DNA from: an uncultured Chloroflexia bacterium
GTDB taxonomy: Bacteria > Chloroflexota > Limnocylindria > Limnocylindrales > CSP1-4
Length of the DNA stretch: 64,000 nt
NCBI GenBank assembly: GCA_963778025.1
Contig: CAVZTA010000003.1
Location: forward strand, 225,544 to 289,543
Direction of reading: 5' to 3'
Shown: piece after piece, positions 38,276-47,646 of the stretch
Layout: each line of letters starts with the position of its first letter
Position numbering within the stretch: the stretch's first letter is position 1
Position numbers and translations under genes: made by a program
The notes under the pieces: generated by a model
The model's database searches: none
The model's input: the letters and a program-made list of their open reading frames with translations, nothing else
Told to the model about the DNA's origin: nothing

Positions 38276-39604
38276 GTGACGCCCGAGACGCGATACGCCA
38301 AGAGTGGCGAGGTCCACATCGCGTACCAGGTCGTCGGCGACGGCCCCGTCGACCTCGTGTTCATCCCGGGCCTGTTCACGCATGTCGAGCACCAGTGGGA
38401 TGAGCCGACCTTCGCGCGGTTCCTCGGCCGCCTCGCTTCGTTCTCGCGGCTCATCGTCTTCGACGCACGCGGGGCCGGTCTCTCTGATCAGGCACACGAG
38501 CTACCGCCGATGGAAGACCAGATCGACGATCTGCTCGCCGTTCTGGATGCGATCGGGTCGTCGTCGGCGGCGATCTTCGGGATGTCGCAGGCAGGACCGA
38601 TGGCCATCCTCTTCGCGGCGTCGTATCCCGAGCGCACGCGCGCGATCGTGCTCTATGGGTCATACGCGTCACCCAGGCAGCGCGACGGATATCCCTGGGG
38701 GCGGAGTCCCGAATGGATGGACGCCTACGGTCGGCAGATCGACGATGCGTGGGGGACCGGCATCTTCCTGCCCCAAGTGGCGCCCTCGCGCGTCGGGGAC
38801 GAGCCGTTTCGGCGCTGGTGGGGCAAGTACGAACGGCTGTCGCATGGGCCCGGCAACGCGCTCGCCTACTTCCGCATGAACGCGCAGATCGACGTGCGGG
38901 CGATCCTGCCGACGATCCAGGTGCCGACCCTCGTGCTGCACCGGCAGGACGACATCTACCGCGACATCGGCCATGCCCGGTATCTCGCCGAGCACATCCC
39001 GGGCGCGAAGCTCGTCGAGCTCCAGGGCATCGATCATCTGCCGTACCTGGGCGATGCCGACTCGATCCTCGACGAGGTCGAGGAGTTCCTCACCGGGGTC
39101 CGGCCGCCGCCGGAGCGCGATCGTGTGCTGGCCACGGTGCTGTTCACGGACATCGTCGGGTCGACGGAGCACGCGAGCCAGCTCGGTGACCGCGCCTGGA
39201 AGCAGCTGCTCGAGCGGCACCACGCGCTGGTGCGCGCCGAGCTGAGTCGATACCGGGGCCGGGAGGTCGACACCGCGGGCGATGGGTTCCTCGCGACCTT
39301 CGACGGACCGGCGAGAGCCGTGCGTTGCGCGACCGCGATCGTGGACGCGATGCCGGCGATCGGCCTCGAGGTCCGCGCAGGGGTCCATACCGGCGAGGTC
39401 GAGCTGATGGGCACGAACGTCGGTGGGATCGCGGTCCATATCGGCGCCCGCGTGGCTGCTCTCGCTCGACCGAGCGAGGTGCTCGTCTCAGCGACGGTCG
39501 GCGCGCTCGTCGCTGGGTCCGGCATCGAGTTCGCCGACCGCGGCGAGGTGTCCCTGAAGGGTGTGCCGGGTCTTTGGCGCCTGTACTCGGTCACCGCGAC
39601 CTAG
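38276..39604 (+). CDS. alpha/beta-hydrolase domain + class III adenylate/guanylate cyclase
   Basis: ORF 38192..39604: YAKSGEVHIAYQVVGDGPVDLVFIPG, FGMSQAGPMAI. Cyclase ATVLFTDIVGSTEHA, DTAGDGFLATF, GVHTGEVE, GIAVHIGARVAALA. Start GTG 38276 or 38192. Confidence 0.85.
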   Translation: MTPETRYAKSGEVHIAYQVVGDGPVDLVFIPGLFTHVEHQWDEPTFARFLGRLASFSRLIVFDARGAGLSDQAHELPPMEDQIDDLLAVLDAIGSSSAAIFGMSQAGPMAILFAASYPERTRAIVLYGSYASPRQRDGYPWGRSPEWMDAYGRQIDDAWGTGIFLPQVAPSRVGDEPFRRWWGKYERLSHGPGNALAYFRMNAQIDVRAILPTIQVPTLVLHRQDDIYRDIGHARYLAEHIPGAKLVELQGIDHLPYLGDADSILDEVEEFLTGVRPPPERDRVLATVLFTDIVGSTEHASQLGDRAWKQLLERHHALVRAELSRYRGREVDTAGDGFLATFDGPARAVRCATAIVDAMPAIGLEVRAGVHTGEVELMGTNVGGIAVHIGARVAALARPSEVLVSATVGALVAGSGIEFADRGEVSLKGVPGLWRLYSVTAT

Positions 39605-39649
39605 GGAGTGTTCGTCACGATCGCCTTGAGGCGGCGCTCGAGGCGGTCG

Positions 39650-41101
39650 TCAGGTCGCCGACGGAGGGCCGCCGCGGCGGCGGATCGCGCGCTCGGCGAG
39701 GACCCGCACGGTCCCGCGGAAGATCAGGCCGTGGACCGGGTAGAGCACGTACCAGTAGGCAAGACCCGGGAGGCCCTTGGGCTCGAAGAAGGCCGTCTGG
39801 ACCAGGCGGCTGCCGCCCTCGGCCGGCGTCACGTCGTATTGGAGCCAGGCGCGCCCCGGCACCTTCATCTCCGCCCGCAGGCGCAGCAGGGTCGGCCGGT
39901 GGACCTCCTCGACGCGCCAGAAGTCCAGAGCGTCCCCGACCCGGAGGGTGCCGGGGTCGCGACGGCGGAGCCGCATGCCGACGCCACCGACGGCGCGATC
40001 GATGAGGCCGCGAACGCGCCACAGCACGTTCGCGTACGGCCAGCCGCCGCGGCCGCCCACGCGCTCGATCTCGGCGAACACGGCGTCGGGTGGGGCGGGC
40101 ACGGCTCGCTGCCGGCGCTCCACGATCATCCCCTCGGTGGACGTGAGGGACGAGAGGCTCTCCCGGTCGGGGGCGGCGTACGCGTCGAACCACGTCGACA
40201 CCAGGTCGTCCGGATCGGCGCGGTCCATGGCCCGCCGGAGCGCTTCGATGTAGGGCACCGGCGAAAGGCCGAATGCCCGCGCCGGCCCCGGATCGCGGAC
40301 GACCACCTCGTTGCGCAGACCCTCGATCAGCGGCCGGGCGATGCCAGCCGGCACGGGCGAGATCAGGTTCACCCAGTACGAGGAGAGCCGCGGGGTCAGC
40401 ACCGGGACGGGGATCATCAGGCGGCGAAGGCCGCGCAGGCGCGCGTACGTGCGCATCATGTCGCCGTACGACAGGACGTCCGGGCCGCCGATCTCGACGA
40501 CGCCGGTCGTGGCGGGGTGCTCGAGTGCGCCCATGAGGTAGTCGAGGACGTCGCGGATCCCGATCGGCTGGCACCGGGTGCCCACCCACCGGGGCGTGAT
40601 CATGATCGGCAGCCGCTCCGTCAGGTGGCGCAGGATCTCGAACGACGCGCTGCCGGACCCGATGATCACCGCCGCGCGGAACTCGGTGACCGGCACCCCG
40701 TGGGCGGCGAGCTCGGCGCCCGCCTCATGGCGGCTGGCCAGGTGGTGCGAGAGGTCCGCAGCGTCGTCGCCCAGGCCGCCGAGATAGACGATCCGGGCGA
40801 TCCCCGCCCGTGCCGCCGCCAGCGCGAAGTTGCGGGCTGCCTGCCGATCGCGCTCCGCGAAGCCTCGCTCGCCCGCGCCCATCGAGTGCGCCAGGTAGTA
40901 CGCGACCGCCACGCCGTCCAGGGCGGGCGCGAGGGTCGCGGGCTCCAGGAGGTCGGCGGCCACGACGCGTGCACCCGGGAACCGGTCGGCGAGCGGGCGG
41001 GCGTCGCGGCTCATGAGGACGAGGTCGTGGCCCATCGCCTCGAGCAGTGGGACGAGGCGACCGCCGATGTACCCGCTGGCGCCGACGATGAGGATCCGCA
41101 T
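39650..41101 (-). CDS. NAD(P)-binding atypical SDR (NmrA-like) fused to a DUF2867-like domain
   Basis: ORF 39650..41308(-), ATG 41101: MRILIVGASGYIGGRLVPLL. C-terminal GGWPYANVLWRVRGLIDRAVGGVGMRL, WRVEEV, AWLQYDV. Confidence 0.85.
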   Translation of the reverse strand: MRILIVGASGYIGGRLVPLLEAMGHDLVLMSRDARPLADRFPGARVVAADLLEPATLAPALDGVAVAYYLAHSMGAGERGFAERDRQAARNFALAAARAGIARIVYLGGLGDDAADLSHHLASRHEAGAELAAHGVPVTEFRAAVIIGSGSASFEILRHLTERLPIMITPRWVGTRCQPIGIRDVLDYLMGALEHPATTGVVEIGGPDVLSYGDMMRTYARLRGLRRLMIPVPVLTPRLSSYWVNLISPVPAGIARPLIEGLRNEVVVRDPGPARAFGLSPVPYIEALRRAMDRADPDDLVSTWFDAYAAPDRESLSSLTSTEGMIVERRQRAVPAPPDAVFAEIERVGGRGGWPYANVLWRVRGLIDRAVGGVGMRLRRRDPGTLRVGDALDFWRVEEVHRPTLLRLRAEMKVPGRAWLQYDVTPAEGGSRLVQTAFFEPKGLPGLAYWYVLYPVHGLIFRGTVRVLAERAIRRRGGPPSAT

Positions 41102-41225
41102 GGCACGAGTATGGGTGGCGGCGTCGCGGGGGCGCTCTGCCGGTGGGTGACGAATGCGGCGACAGCCTCGGGGATCGGTCAGTCGATCGGCAGATCCTCT
41201 ACGCGGACTTTCCCTGGATGGCTGA

Positions 41226-41438
41226 TCATGGGCGGTGGATGATGGTGTTCCCTGCGGTGAATACGTCCTCGATCCTGCAACCAAACGTCTGTGCGATAAG
41301 GAACGCAAGGGGCAGCGACGGGTCGAACCGCCCGCGTTCGATCGAGATGACCGTCTGGCGCGAGACGCCGAGCACGTGTGCGAGGTCGGCCTGAGTCCAT
41401 CCGCGACCGAGCCGTCGTTCGGCGAGGTCGTTCCTCAT
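41226..41438 (-). CDS. small XRE/Cro-type HTH regulator (70 aa)
   Basis: ORF 41226..41438(-): RLGRGWTQADLAHVLGVSRQTVISIERGRFDPSLPLAFLIAQTFGCRIEDVF. Confidence 0.8.
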   Translation of the reverse strand: MRNDLAERRLGRGWTQADLAHVLGVSRQTVISIERGRFDPSLPLAFLIAQTFGCRIEDVFTAGNTIIHRP

Positions 41439-41617
41439 CCCAGCGCACGGTGGCGGTTCACGAGGTAGCGCAGACCTGCGTCGACCACACTCAGGCCGAT
41501 CAACGCCAGCAACACTGGCAACGCGTCGACGTCGTTTCTGCCGAACATCAGTACAACGGTCACGACGAGCGTCGCGATGAGGACGTCGAGGAACGCTCCG
41601 GATGCCGCCTGCTTCAT
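41435..41617 (-). CDS. small membrane protein partnered with the HTH gene; N-terminus apparently truncated at the island junction
   Basis: ORF 41435..41617(-), 4-nt overlap with the HTH gene. The frame stays open upstream to 41734 (SALALTAAYPSVSLGVWIFVSNHTVTRDPLGEESVELSW) without any start codon, and is closed by the recombinase-fragment TAG at 41735-41737. Confidence 0.5.
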   Translation of the reverse strand: MKQAASGAFLDVLIATLVVTVVLMFGRNDVDALPVLLALIGLSVVDAGLRYLVNRHRALG

Positions 41618-41734
41618 CCAGGACAGCTCGACACTCTCCTCGCCGAGAGGGTCACGGGTGACCGTGTGGTTGGAAACGAAGATCCAGACGCCGAGAGAAA
41701 CGGAGGGATAGGCCGCGGTCAGGGCGAGGGCGGA

Positions 41735-42250
41735 CTACACGCCGATCGCGTCAGCCACTCGCGCCCAACCCATGTCCTCCTCCCCTCCAGGCGCCGCAGG
41801 CAGACCGTCGTCACGCCAAGGCTCGAGTCGATCGAGGAACGCGCTGACCGCTTCGATTGACTCGCCGGCATCACGGCCGAGCTTGGCGGCCGCGTGGCGG
41901 GTCACATGGACGCCCGAGGCGGCTAAGCCAGTGGCTCGCAGATAGCGCCGGAACCGCAAGTAGAGCGTGTCACTGGACAGACCTCCGCACGCGTACCCGC
42001 CTGCCAACGGCGCAACGGCTCGCGGCTCGTGCTCGCGACGCGCTCGGGCTGACGGGGTCAACCTCCTGAACTTCAGCGGCCGCGCTCCGTACGTATATCG
42101 TCCACGGCCGAGATCCATCAACCCCGGAGGGCGCCTGGACCGCGCCCAGTTCATGCTCGAAGGAGGGAGGCTTCGCGGGTGGTTTACGAGTGTTTGCGGG
42201 GCTCCGTTCGGGTCGCGTCGAGGTCGTCGACCGCGTGGTCCGATAGAGCT
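41735..42250 (-). pseudogene. decayed C-terminal fragment of a tyrosine recombinase (older copy)
   Basis: ORF 41735..42154(-): LSSDTLYLRFRRYLRATGLAASGVHVTRHAAAKLGRDAGESIEAVSAFLD, about three-quarters identical by eye in DNA to 44173-44400. The region after FLD is frame-shifted, and the homologous frame reads TTVCL where the intact copy has TTVYL. N-terminal half missing. Confidence 0.6.
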
Positions 42251-42413
42251 GAGGGCAGATCACACGCAGCGACCATTGCGCTGCCAAGACGATTGACGGC
42301 CCGCGGGTCCGCTTTGGTGACGCGCGCGACAGGAGCTGACGCTCGGCCAGACGGAACCGGCGCACCATAAGGGTCGGCGAAGGAACCGGACCCCCGGATC
42401 TGGAGGAACTGCG

Positions 42414-42707
42414 ATGAGCGACTCGCGTACGCCCTACGGCAACGGCAACTTCCCGATGCTCCAGGAAGGCGACACCCTGACCGCCGCGCAGGTGCGCTTG
42501 ATCGCGAGCGCGATCAGCCAAGCCGGCAGCCAGCGGACGCTCGCTCGCTCAAGCGACGCCCCCGCCTTTGCATGTGACGAGAGTTCTTGCGTGTGCGTCG
42601 GTGACGACGACTGCAACGACATGTTCACGGGCCAGAGCTGCGGCCCCGAGGCCGTCTGCCTCTCAGACGGAGCCGGCAGCGTCGTCTGCATCTGTATCCC
42701 CGCGTAG
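42414..42707 (+). CDS. 97-aa protein with Cys-free N-terminal half and 8-Cys C-terminal module
   Basis: GGAGGA RBS 9 nt before ATG 42414; GC3-rich frame. C-terminus AFACDESSCVCVGDDDCNDMFTGQSCGPEAVCLSDGAGSVVCICIPA (C-x4-C-x-C-x5-C-x8-C-x5-C-x9-C-x-C). Confidence 0.6.
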   Translation: MSDSRTPYGNGNFPMLQEGDTLTAAQVRLIASAISQAGSQRTLARSSDAPAFACDESSCVCVGDDDCNDMFTGQSCGPEAVCLSDGAGSVVCICIPA

Positions 42708-42779
42708 GGATCGCCGGTGCGGTCCCGGCCGCGCGCACACCATGACCTCTTCGCGGTCCACGCCGTGACTGATCGGCCG

Positions 42780-43941
42780 TCACGGTTCCCGACCGCTGGC
42801 TCCAAGCGCCCGCAAGCCTTCGTCCATCGACTCGAGAGCACGTTTGCCCGCGTGCTGCTCCGCCGCAACGTCGGACTCAAGGAACTCCCGGACGCTCGCG
42901 AGCGCGCTTTCGCCTTCGTCCGTGAAGGCCTTCAGGGCATCGTCGAACTCGCGCAGCGTCTTCTCATGCTCCTGGTCGAGTCGGAATTCCTCCGCCGAGG
43001 CGCGATCCTCCTCTGACGCCGCGACCCTTTGTCGATCCAGTTCCAACCGCAGCTCGCTGTCCTTAGCGCCATCTTCGAGAACGCTGAATGCCGCGCTCAT
43101 CTCGGAACAAATATCTGGGGCTTGGTCGAGCACCCCCTTTGCGGTCGCCATGATGAACATCGCTCTGAACGCATCGCCATAGGCAACGCCTGGCATCGGA
43201 TCGATGAGGCGGACAACCCTCTCATGTACATTCACGACGCCGTACCGAAGTCTTCTCGCTTCATCGTGGTCGAGAAATGGCGTCAGGTCCGCCGCTAGCC
43301 TAACCAAGCGGTCGGCCGCGATCTTCCAGTTCTCGGGCGCGCTCGCGAAGCCGTAGAGCCGCCACTCGCTGCGATTCCGAACCATGTTCACCAAGGCTAG
43401 GGACGGTCGGGCCGAACATCGCGTCCACGTGGCCCCGAAGGCTCAACGCCACCGCCTTGATTCGGCGCTCGCGTTCGTCAGACCAGGGCAGGCCAATCGC
43501 CTCGGCAACTTCGCTCGACTCGGGCCCCGGTCCCACGAGGATCTCGACGGAGTTCGCCGCGAGGAGTTTGAGTTGGCGCGTCATCTGCTGTAGCGCGTGG
43601 AACGCAAGGCGCTCGTTCCGGCTACGCCATGCTCGTCGTTGCCACCGCTCGAGAGTGTTGGCGCCGATAACGACCGCGCCGATGCCGGCGGCGCCGGCCG
43701 CGAGGAGGTCGCGGACCACATCAAGCCACCAGACGTCGCCGGCGACCTTGGTCAACGCACCTGCGACGAGTAGCGCCAGCCAGACGAGAGCCGCGGCGAT
43801 GTAGAGGGATCGCGGGACTCGCGGCGGCTCGTCACTCGCGCCAGTACATCTTCTCTCTGCATGGTGTCGAGCCGCGTCGATGTCTCCCGCGCCGGCCAAT
43901 GGCCCGGTCGGTAGAGGGACGTTTCCGTGGCAGTGCGCCAC
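42780..43941 (-). CDS. hypothetical 2-TM N-terminal / long helical C-terminal protein (either one gene with a frame change near 43395-43410 or two genes overlapping by 95 nt)
   Basis: ORF 43300..43941(-): SLYIAAALVWLALLVAGAL, LLAAGAAGIGAVVIGA, then a helical region. ORF 42780..43394(-) continues with NRSEWRLYGFASAPENWKIAADRLVRLA. The GC3 signal passes from the first frame to the second exactly at the junction. Confidence 0.5.
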
Positions 43942-44172
43942 GCGTTATCCAATCCGACAGGATGAGGATAGGCTGCGTGCGTCTGTTTGATTGGCACCAT
44001 CCGCACGTCGGACGTTCTTCGAAACTGGGGTACCCAACCTCCGCGCTGGTGGCGTCTCCGTATGTTGTCCCTCCGGTCACCACGGCCCGCGCGGCAGCCT
44101 AGGAAGTTCCTGAGTCTCATGCCTAGGGGTTCGCGGAGCCGTTCGGCCCTGTTGCAATGTGGCCCTTACAGC

Positions 44173-45103
44173 TCAAATCCCGAGCGACTCTGCTACGCGC
44201 GCCCAGCTGCCGTCACGTTCACCCTCCAACCGCCTTAGGTAGACAGTCGTGACGGCGAGGCTCGAGTGATCGAGGAACGCGCTGACCGCCTCGACGGAGT
44301 CGCCCGCGTCACGGCGCAGCTTGGCCGCGGTGTGGCGGGTGATGTGCACGCCCGATACTCGGAGGCCGGCTGAGCGCGCAAGTAACGGCGGAACCGCAGG
44401 TAGAAGGTGTGGCTCGATAGGCCGACATCTCGCGTACCCGCCTGCCACAGTGACTCACTTGGCTCCATGGCCGCGAGATCCTTGCCCAGGTCGCCGAAGA
44501 CTCGCGACGATCGCCTCGAATGCCGGTCGCGGCAGCTCGCGACGTCCACGCTTGCCGCCCTTGCCGCGGTACGAGTATTGGGCCACGTCCCCGTCGACCG
44601 TGAGGTCCTTCGCCTGGAGGCCCATGACCTCGGCGCGGCGCCGGCCGGTCAGGAGAAGCGTCAGGACGATCGCGCGGTCGCGGCGCCCAGCGACGGTGTG
44701 AGGGACGACCGCGAGGAGGCGCTTCACCTCCTCCGCGGAGTAGCCGCGCGCCGGAGCGACCACGGTGCGCGGCCGCTCGACGGCGTCGCACGGGTTCGAC
44801 GCGACGAGACCCATCCGGATGAGGAAGCGGTAGAAGGAGCTGACGCAGGCGATCCGCGCGCCGATCGTGGCGGCCGCCGGCGGCCGTCCTGACGCGCCGA
44901 TTCCATGTGCGTACGCCAGCACGTCCGCCGGCTTGATGGTGTCAGGCGTCCGGCCGGCAAAGAATGGCCAGAGCATGCGGGAGTAGCTCTCGACCGTCCG
45001 GTCGAGAGCCCGATCGGTTGCCCTTCTCGACGAGGAACGCGTACAGCGCCTGCTCCCATTTGGAGCCATCGACTGGTCGGGCGAGCGACTGGTGCTCGGA
45101 CAT
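44173..45103 (-). CDS. tyrosine recombinase / phage-type integrase (full length but spread over four frame segments)
   Basis: GGAGG RBS before ATG 45103 (MSEHQSLARPVDGSKWEQALYAFLVEKGN). Then RTVESYSRMLWPFF..LLLTGRRRAEV (ORF 44455..45129), GLSSHTFYLRFRRYLRA (ORF 44235..44549), GVHITRHTAAKL..LAVTTVYLRRL (ORF 44173..44448). Frame changes near 45015, 44500 and 44375. Confidence 0.8.
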
Positions 45104-45557
45104 GTATCCACCTCCATCGGGTGGCACATGACTCACTCGCCGCGCCCAGGAAAGTAACCACTCTGGCCCGTTGTGGCAGCCTCGAGACCAGCGGGCCGCG
45201 GTGGCGGGCGCGGAGCGAGGCCACGCGGGGCTGATCCAAGGCGACCGGTCGCTGTGCCTGCACATCGGCCACCACCCGCGCCATGCCTCAGAGGGTCGGT
45301 TCGTTCGGTCCCGCGTCTCGCCCGGTGTCGCCGTAACCGAGCTTCGACTGGCTCTCTGCTTATCGACGGCCGAAGAAGTGCGGACGTCCACTACATGACA
45401 GTGGCGAAAGCAGGACCGCCGAGGACTCGAGACGAAGCTGGTCCACCAGCGCGACTAACGCGTCGAGGTTCAGTTAGACGCCAGCCGACGCGGGCGTCGT
45501 AGTGTGGCCGCCTCGCTGAACTGCCGCTGTCGTGGGAGATCAGGAGAGCTCTGGCGG

Positions 45558-45571
45558 CGTGGCTAGCCACG
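45558..45571. promoter_or_regulatory. 14-bp perfect palindrome upstream of the SGNH gene (operator candidate)
   Basis: CGTGGCTAGCCACG, 85 nt upstream of ATG 45656, inside a 550-nt non-coding stretch. An AGAGCTCT palindrome lies at 45544-45551. Confidence 0.3.
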
Positions 45572-45655
45572 TCGCTAAGCCCTAGCAGTCAACGGGCTTC
45601 GCGGGGGAAGTGCGGAGTCGCCCGTCCCTCGGTAACTCGGTGAAGGAGGCATGTG

Positions 45656-47596
45656 ATGGCGACTCCGCGTATTCGCCCTCCGCGACCCGACGCGGTCGCC
45701 ACGAGCGCGACAGCCCTGGGGACGCCAGGAGCGGAGTTCCGAGTCGCGGCCTTCGGCGACTCCCTCATGTGGGGTCAGGGGCTGCGGCGCGCCGACCAAT
45801 TCTCGTGGCTCATCAAGGAACAGCTAGGGATCGCTGCCAAGAAGACACCGGTGCTGGTGGCGGACCGCTCGCGATCAGGAGCGCAGATCGACGAACGCGC
45901 TGTCCAGCGCCAAGAGTTCGTCAGCCGCTTCCCGGAAGTCTTCAAGAGTCGGACTGAACGAACACGCTTCATCGACGGGACCCTGCCAGGCGCCCAGATC
46001 CCTGCCGAGCGACTCTACGGCGAGATACCGGCGACATTCCCGACGGTTCGCGCCCAAGTCGCTGCGGTATCTGACGAGGTCGGAAAGACCGTTCGTGTCG
46101 CGCTGGTAAGTGGTGGGGCGAATGACATCGGCTTCGATGAAGTCATCAATCCGACCGAATTCCCCGGTGCGTTCATCGAGCGATGGGATGGCAGGATCAA
46201 GGAGATCGCCTACGAGCTCGTCCTTGACTTGATCGCCCGCGTTCGGCGCAAGTGCCCCAAGGCCGTCATCCTCCAGTTCGGCTACTACATGCCGCTCTCG
46301 TACCGATCGAGCCGATCGGACATCGAGGCATTCTTCAAGCACGAGCTCGACAACGATGTCGGTTGGTGGCTCAACAAGCACGTTCCAGGAGTCCTGGACC
46401 TGCTCCCGGGCGTTGACAGCGTGAGCGTTGAGCAGATGGTCCTCGAGGCCCGCATCCGTGGCGTCTGGGCTGCCGGTCGTGCCCAGTACTGGATGCGCAA
46501 GGCCGTCGCCGACGCCAACGCCGACGACGCCGCCCGGGGGCCAGGTGTCGTCTACGTGCCCGCGCCCTTCACCGACGACATGGCTGCCTTCGGCGCACAG
46601 CCGATGCTCCATGAGGACTATTCGCACCCGACGACCGACCCGGCCCGCCAGCTCCGCGAGGCCCGATGTCCTCGAGCCGCCCACTTGGGTGCGCTGCGCG
46701 ACTTGTGGCCGAAGCTGATCCTCGGGACGCCATCGGCCGCGACCGTGAAGGCCCTCCGCAGCTCCCTGACAGGACCCCAACCCCTGCTCGATGGCCTCGC
46801 CGGCGACTTGTCCGGCCGTGAGCGTTTGCGCCTCATCCCGATCATCACAGCGGAGATCCGGCGCATCCAGCGCGCGCTGATCGCGTCGTTCCTGCATCCC
46901 AACACCGAGGGCGCGCGACGCTATGCGGCTGAGGCGGTCCGGCGCTACAACGTGCACACCCAGCGGATTGCCGCGATCGGAACGGTCGTAAAGCCCACAT
47001 CCCCGGCTCAGTTGCCGGGTGGATCAGAGACGCTCGAGGAACGGCTTGAGCGTTTCGGGCTGCGGGGGACTGGCCCCTTGTCGGCGGACGTTGGCCACGA
47101 GGAAGTGGACTCGCTCGCGGTCACGGTCGTGACTGAGCGCGCCTCGGAGCGGTTGTTGGCGCCCGACATGACGCTCGTGGTCACCAACCGATTGGTCGGG
47201 GGCGCCGCGGCGGGGCGCGTGGTGACCCGCGAGTTCTTGCTCAACTTCCCGTATCGCATCACGAACGTACTGGGCGCGCAGCTGGTGCGGAAGTTCTATC
47301 CACACTTCGAACCGGCGGTGACCAACTTCTTCACACTCAACACGTCTGGTGAGCTTCGCCTAGAGCAGATCACCGGGTTCGCCATCGCCATGGGACCCGA
47401 TCCCGTCGGCGGCAAGTTCGGGAACGTGTGGCGTCCTCGTCGCGTCCAGCTTGAGATCAATGGGCGCGTCGTTCACGATCAGACATTTCGAAACCGCGAG
47501 CTCCGCCCTGGCCAGTCGTTGACGCTGGACTATCCGCCTCCCGCTCGGCGGCCGGGTGGAACCGGGACGGTCGCGACCGCGCGAGCCGGAGGCTGA
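45656..47596 (+). CDS. SGNH/GDSL-family hydrolase (lipase/esterase) with C-terminal PLAT/LH2-like beta-sandwich; no signal peptide
   Basis: ORF 45653..47596. GAAGGAGG RBS. Block I FGDSLMWGQG, block III LVSGGANDIG, block V SFLHPNTEGARRYA. C-terminal roughly 170 aa beta-rich (SLAVTVVTERASE..MTLVVTN..GNVWRPRRVQLEINGRVV). Confidence 0.75.
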   Translation: MATPRIRPPRPDAVATSATALGTPGAEFRVAAFGDSLMWGQGLRRADQFSWLIKEQLGIAAKKTPVLVADRSRSGAQIDERAVQRQEFVSRFPEVFKSRTERTRFIDGTLPGAQIPAERLYGEIPATFPTVRAQVAAVSDEVGKTVRVALVSGGANDIGFDEVINPTEFPGAFIERWDGRIKEIAYELVLDLIARVRRKCPKAVILQFGYYMPLSYRSSRSDIEAFFKHELDNDVGWWLNKHVPGVLDLLPGVDSVSVEQMVLEARIRGVWAAGRAQYWMRKAVADANADDAARGPGVVYVPAPFTDDMAAFGAQPMLHEDYSHPTTDPARQLREARCPRAAHLGALRDLWPKLILGTPSAATVKALRSSLTGPQPLLDGLAGDLSGRERLRLIPIITAEIRRIQRALIASFLHPNTEGARRYAAEAVRRYNVHTQRIAAIGTVVKPTSPAQLPGGSETLEERLERFGLRGTGPLSADVGHEEVDSLAVTVVTERASERLLAPDMTLVVTNRLVGGAAAGRVVTREFLLNFPYRITNVLGAQLVRKFYPHFEPAVTNFFTLNTSGELRLEQITGFAIAMGPDPVGGKFGNVWRPRRVQLEINGRVVHDQTFRNRELRPGQSLTLDYPPPARRPGGTGTVATARAGG

Positions 47597-47646
47597 CAAA
47601 CCGCGACAAAGGCTTTCTTGACAACGCCGGCTGGGGAGCGCAGGAC

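Noticed and set aside
41701-41709. cggagggat shared with the tRNA 3' half (48347-48355) as a possible attR remnant
   Set aside because: Only 9 nt match with no extension, which is too short to separate from chance in GC-rich DNA. It is kept only as something to test under the island finding.
43225-43260. R-x6-H (RYGVVNVH) in the helical island protein as a possible HEPN nuclease motif
   Set aside because: The spacing and flanking residues do not fit the usual R-(N/H/D)-x3-H pattern, and I cannot verify the fold by eye.
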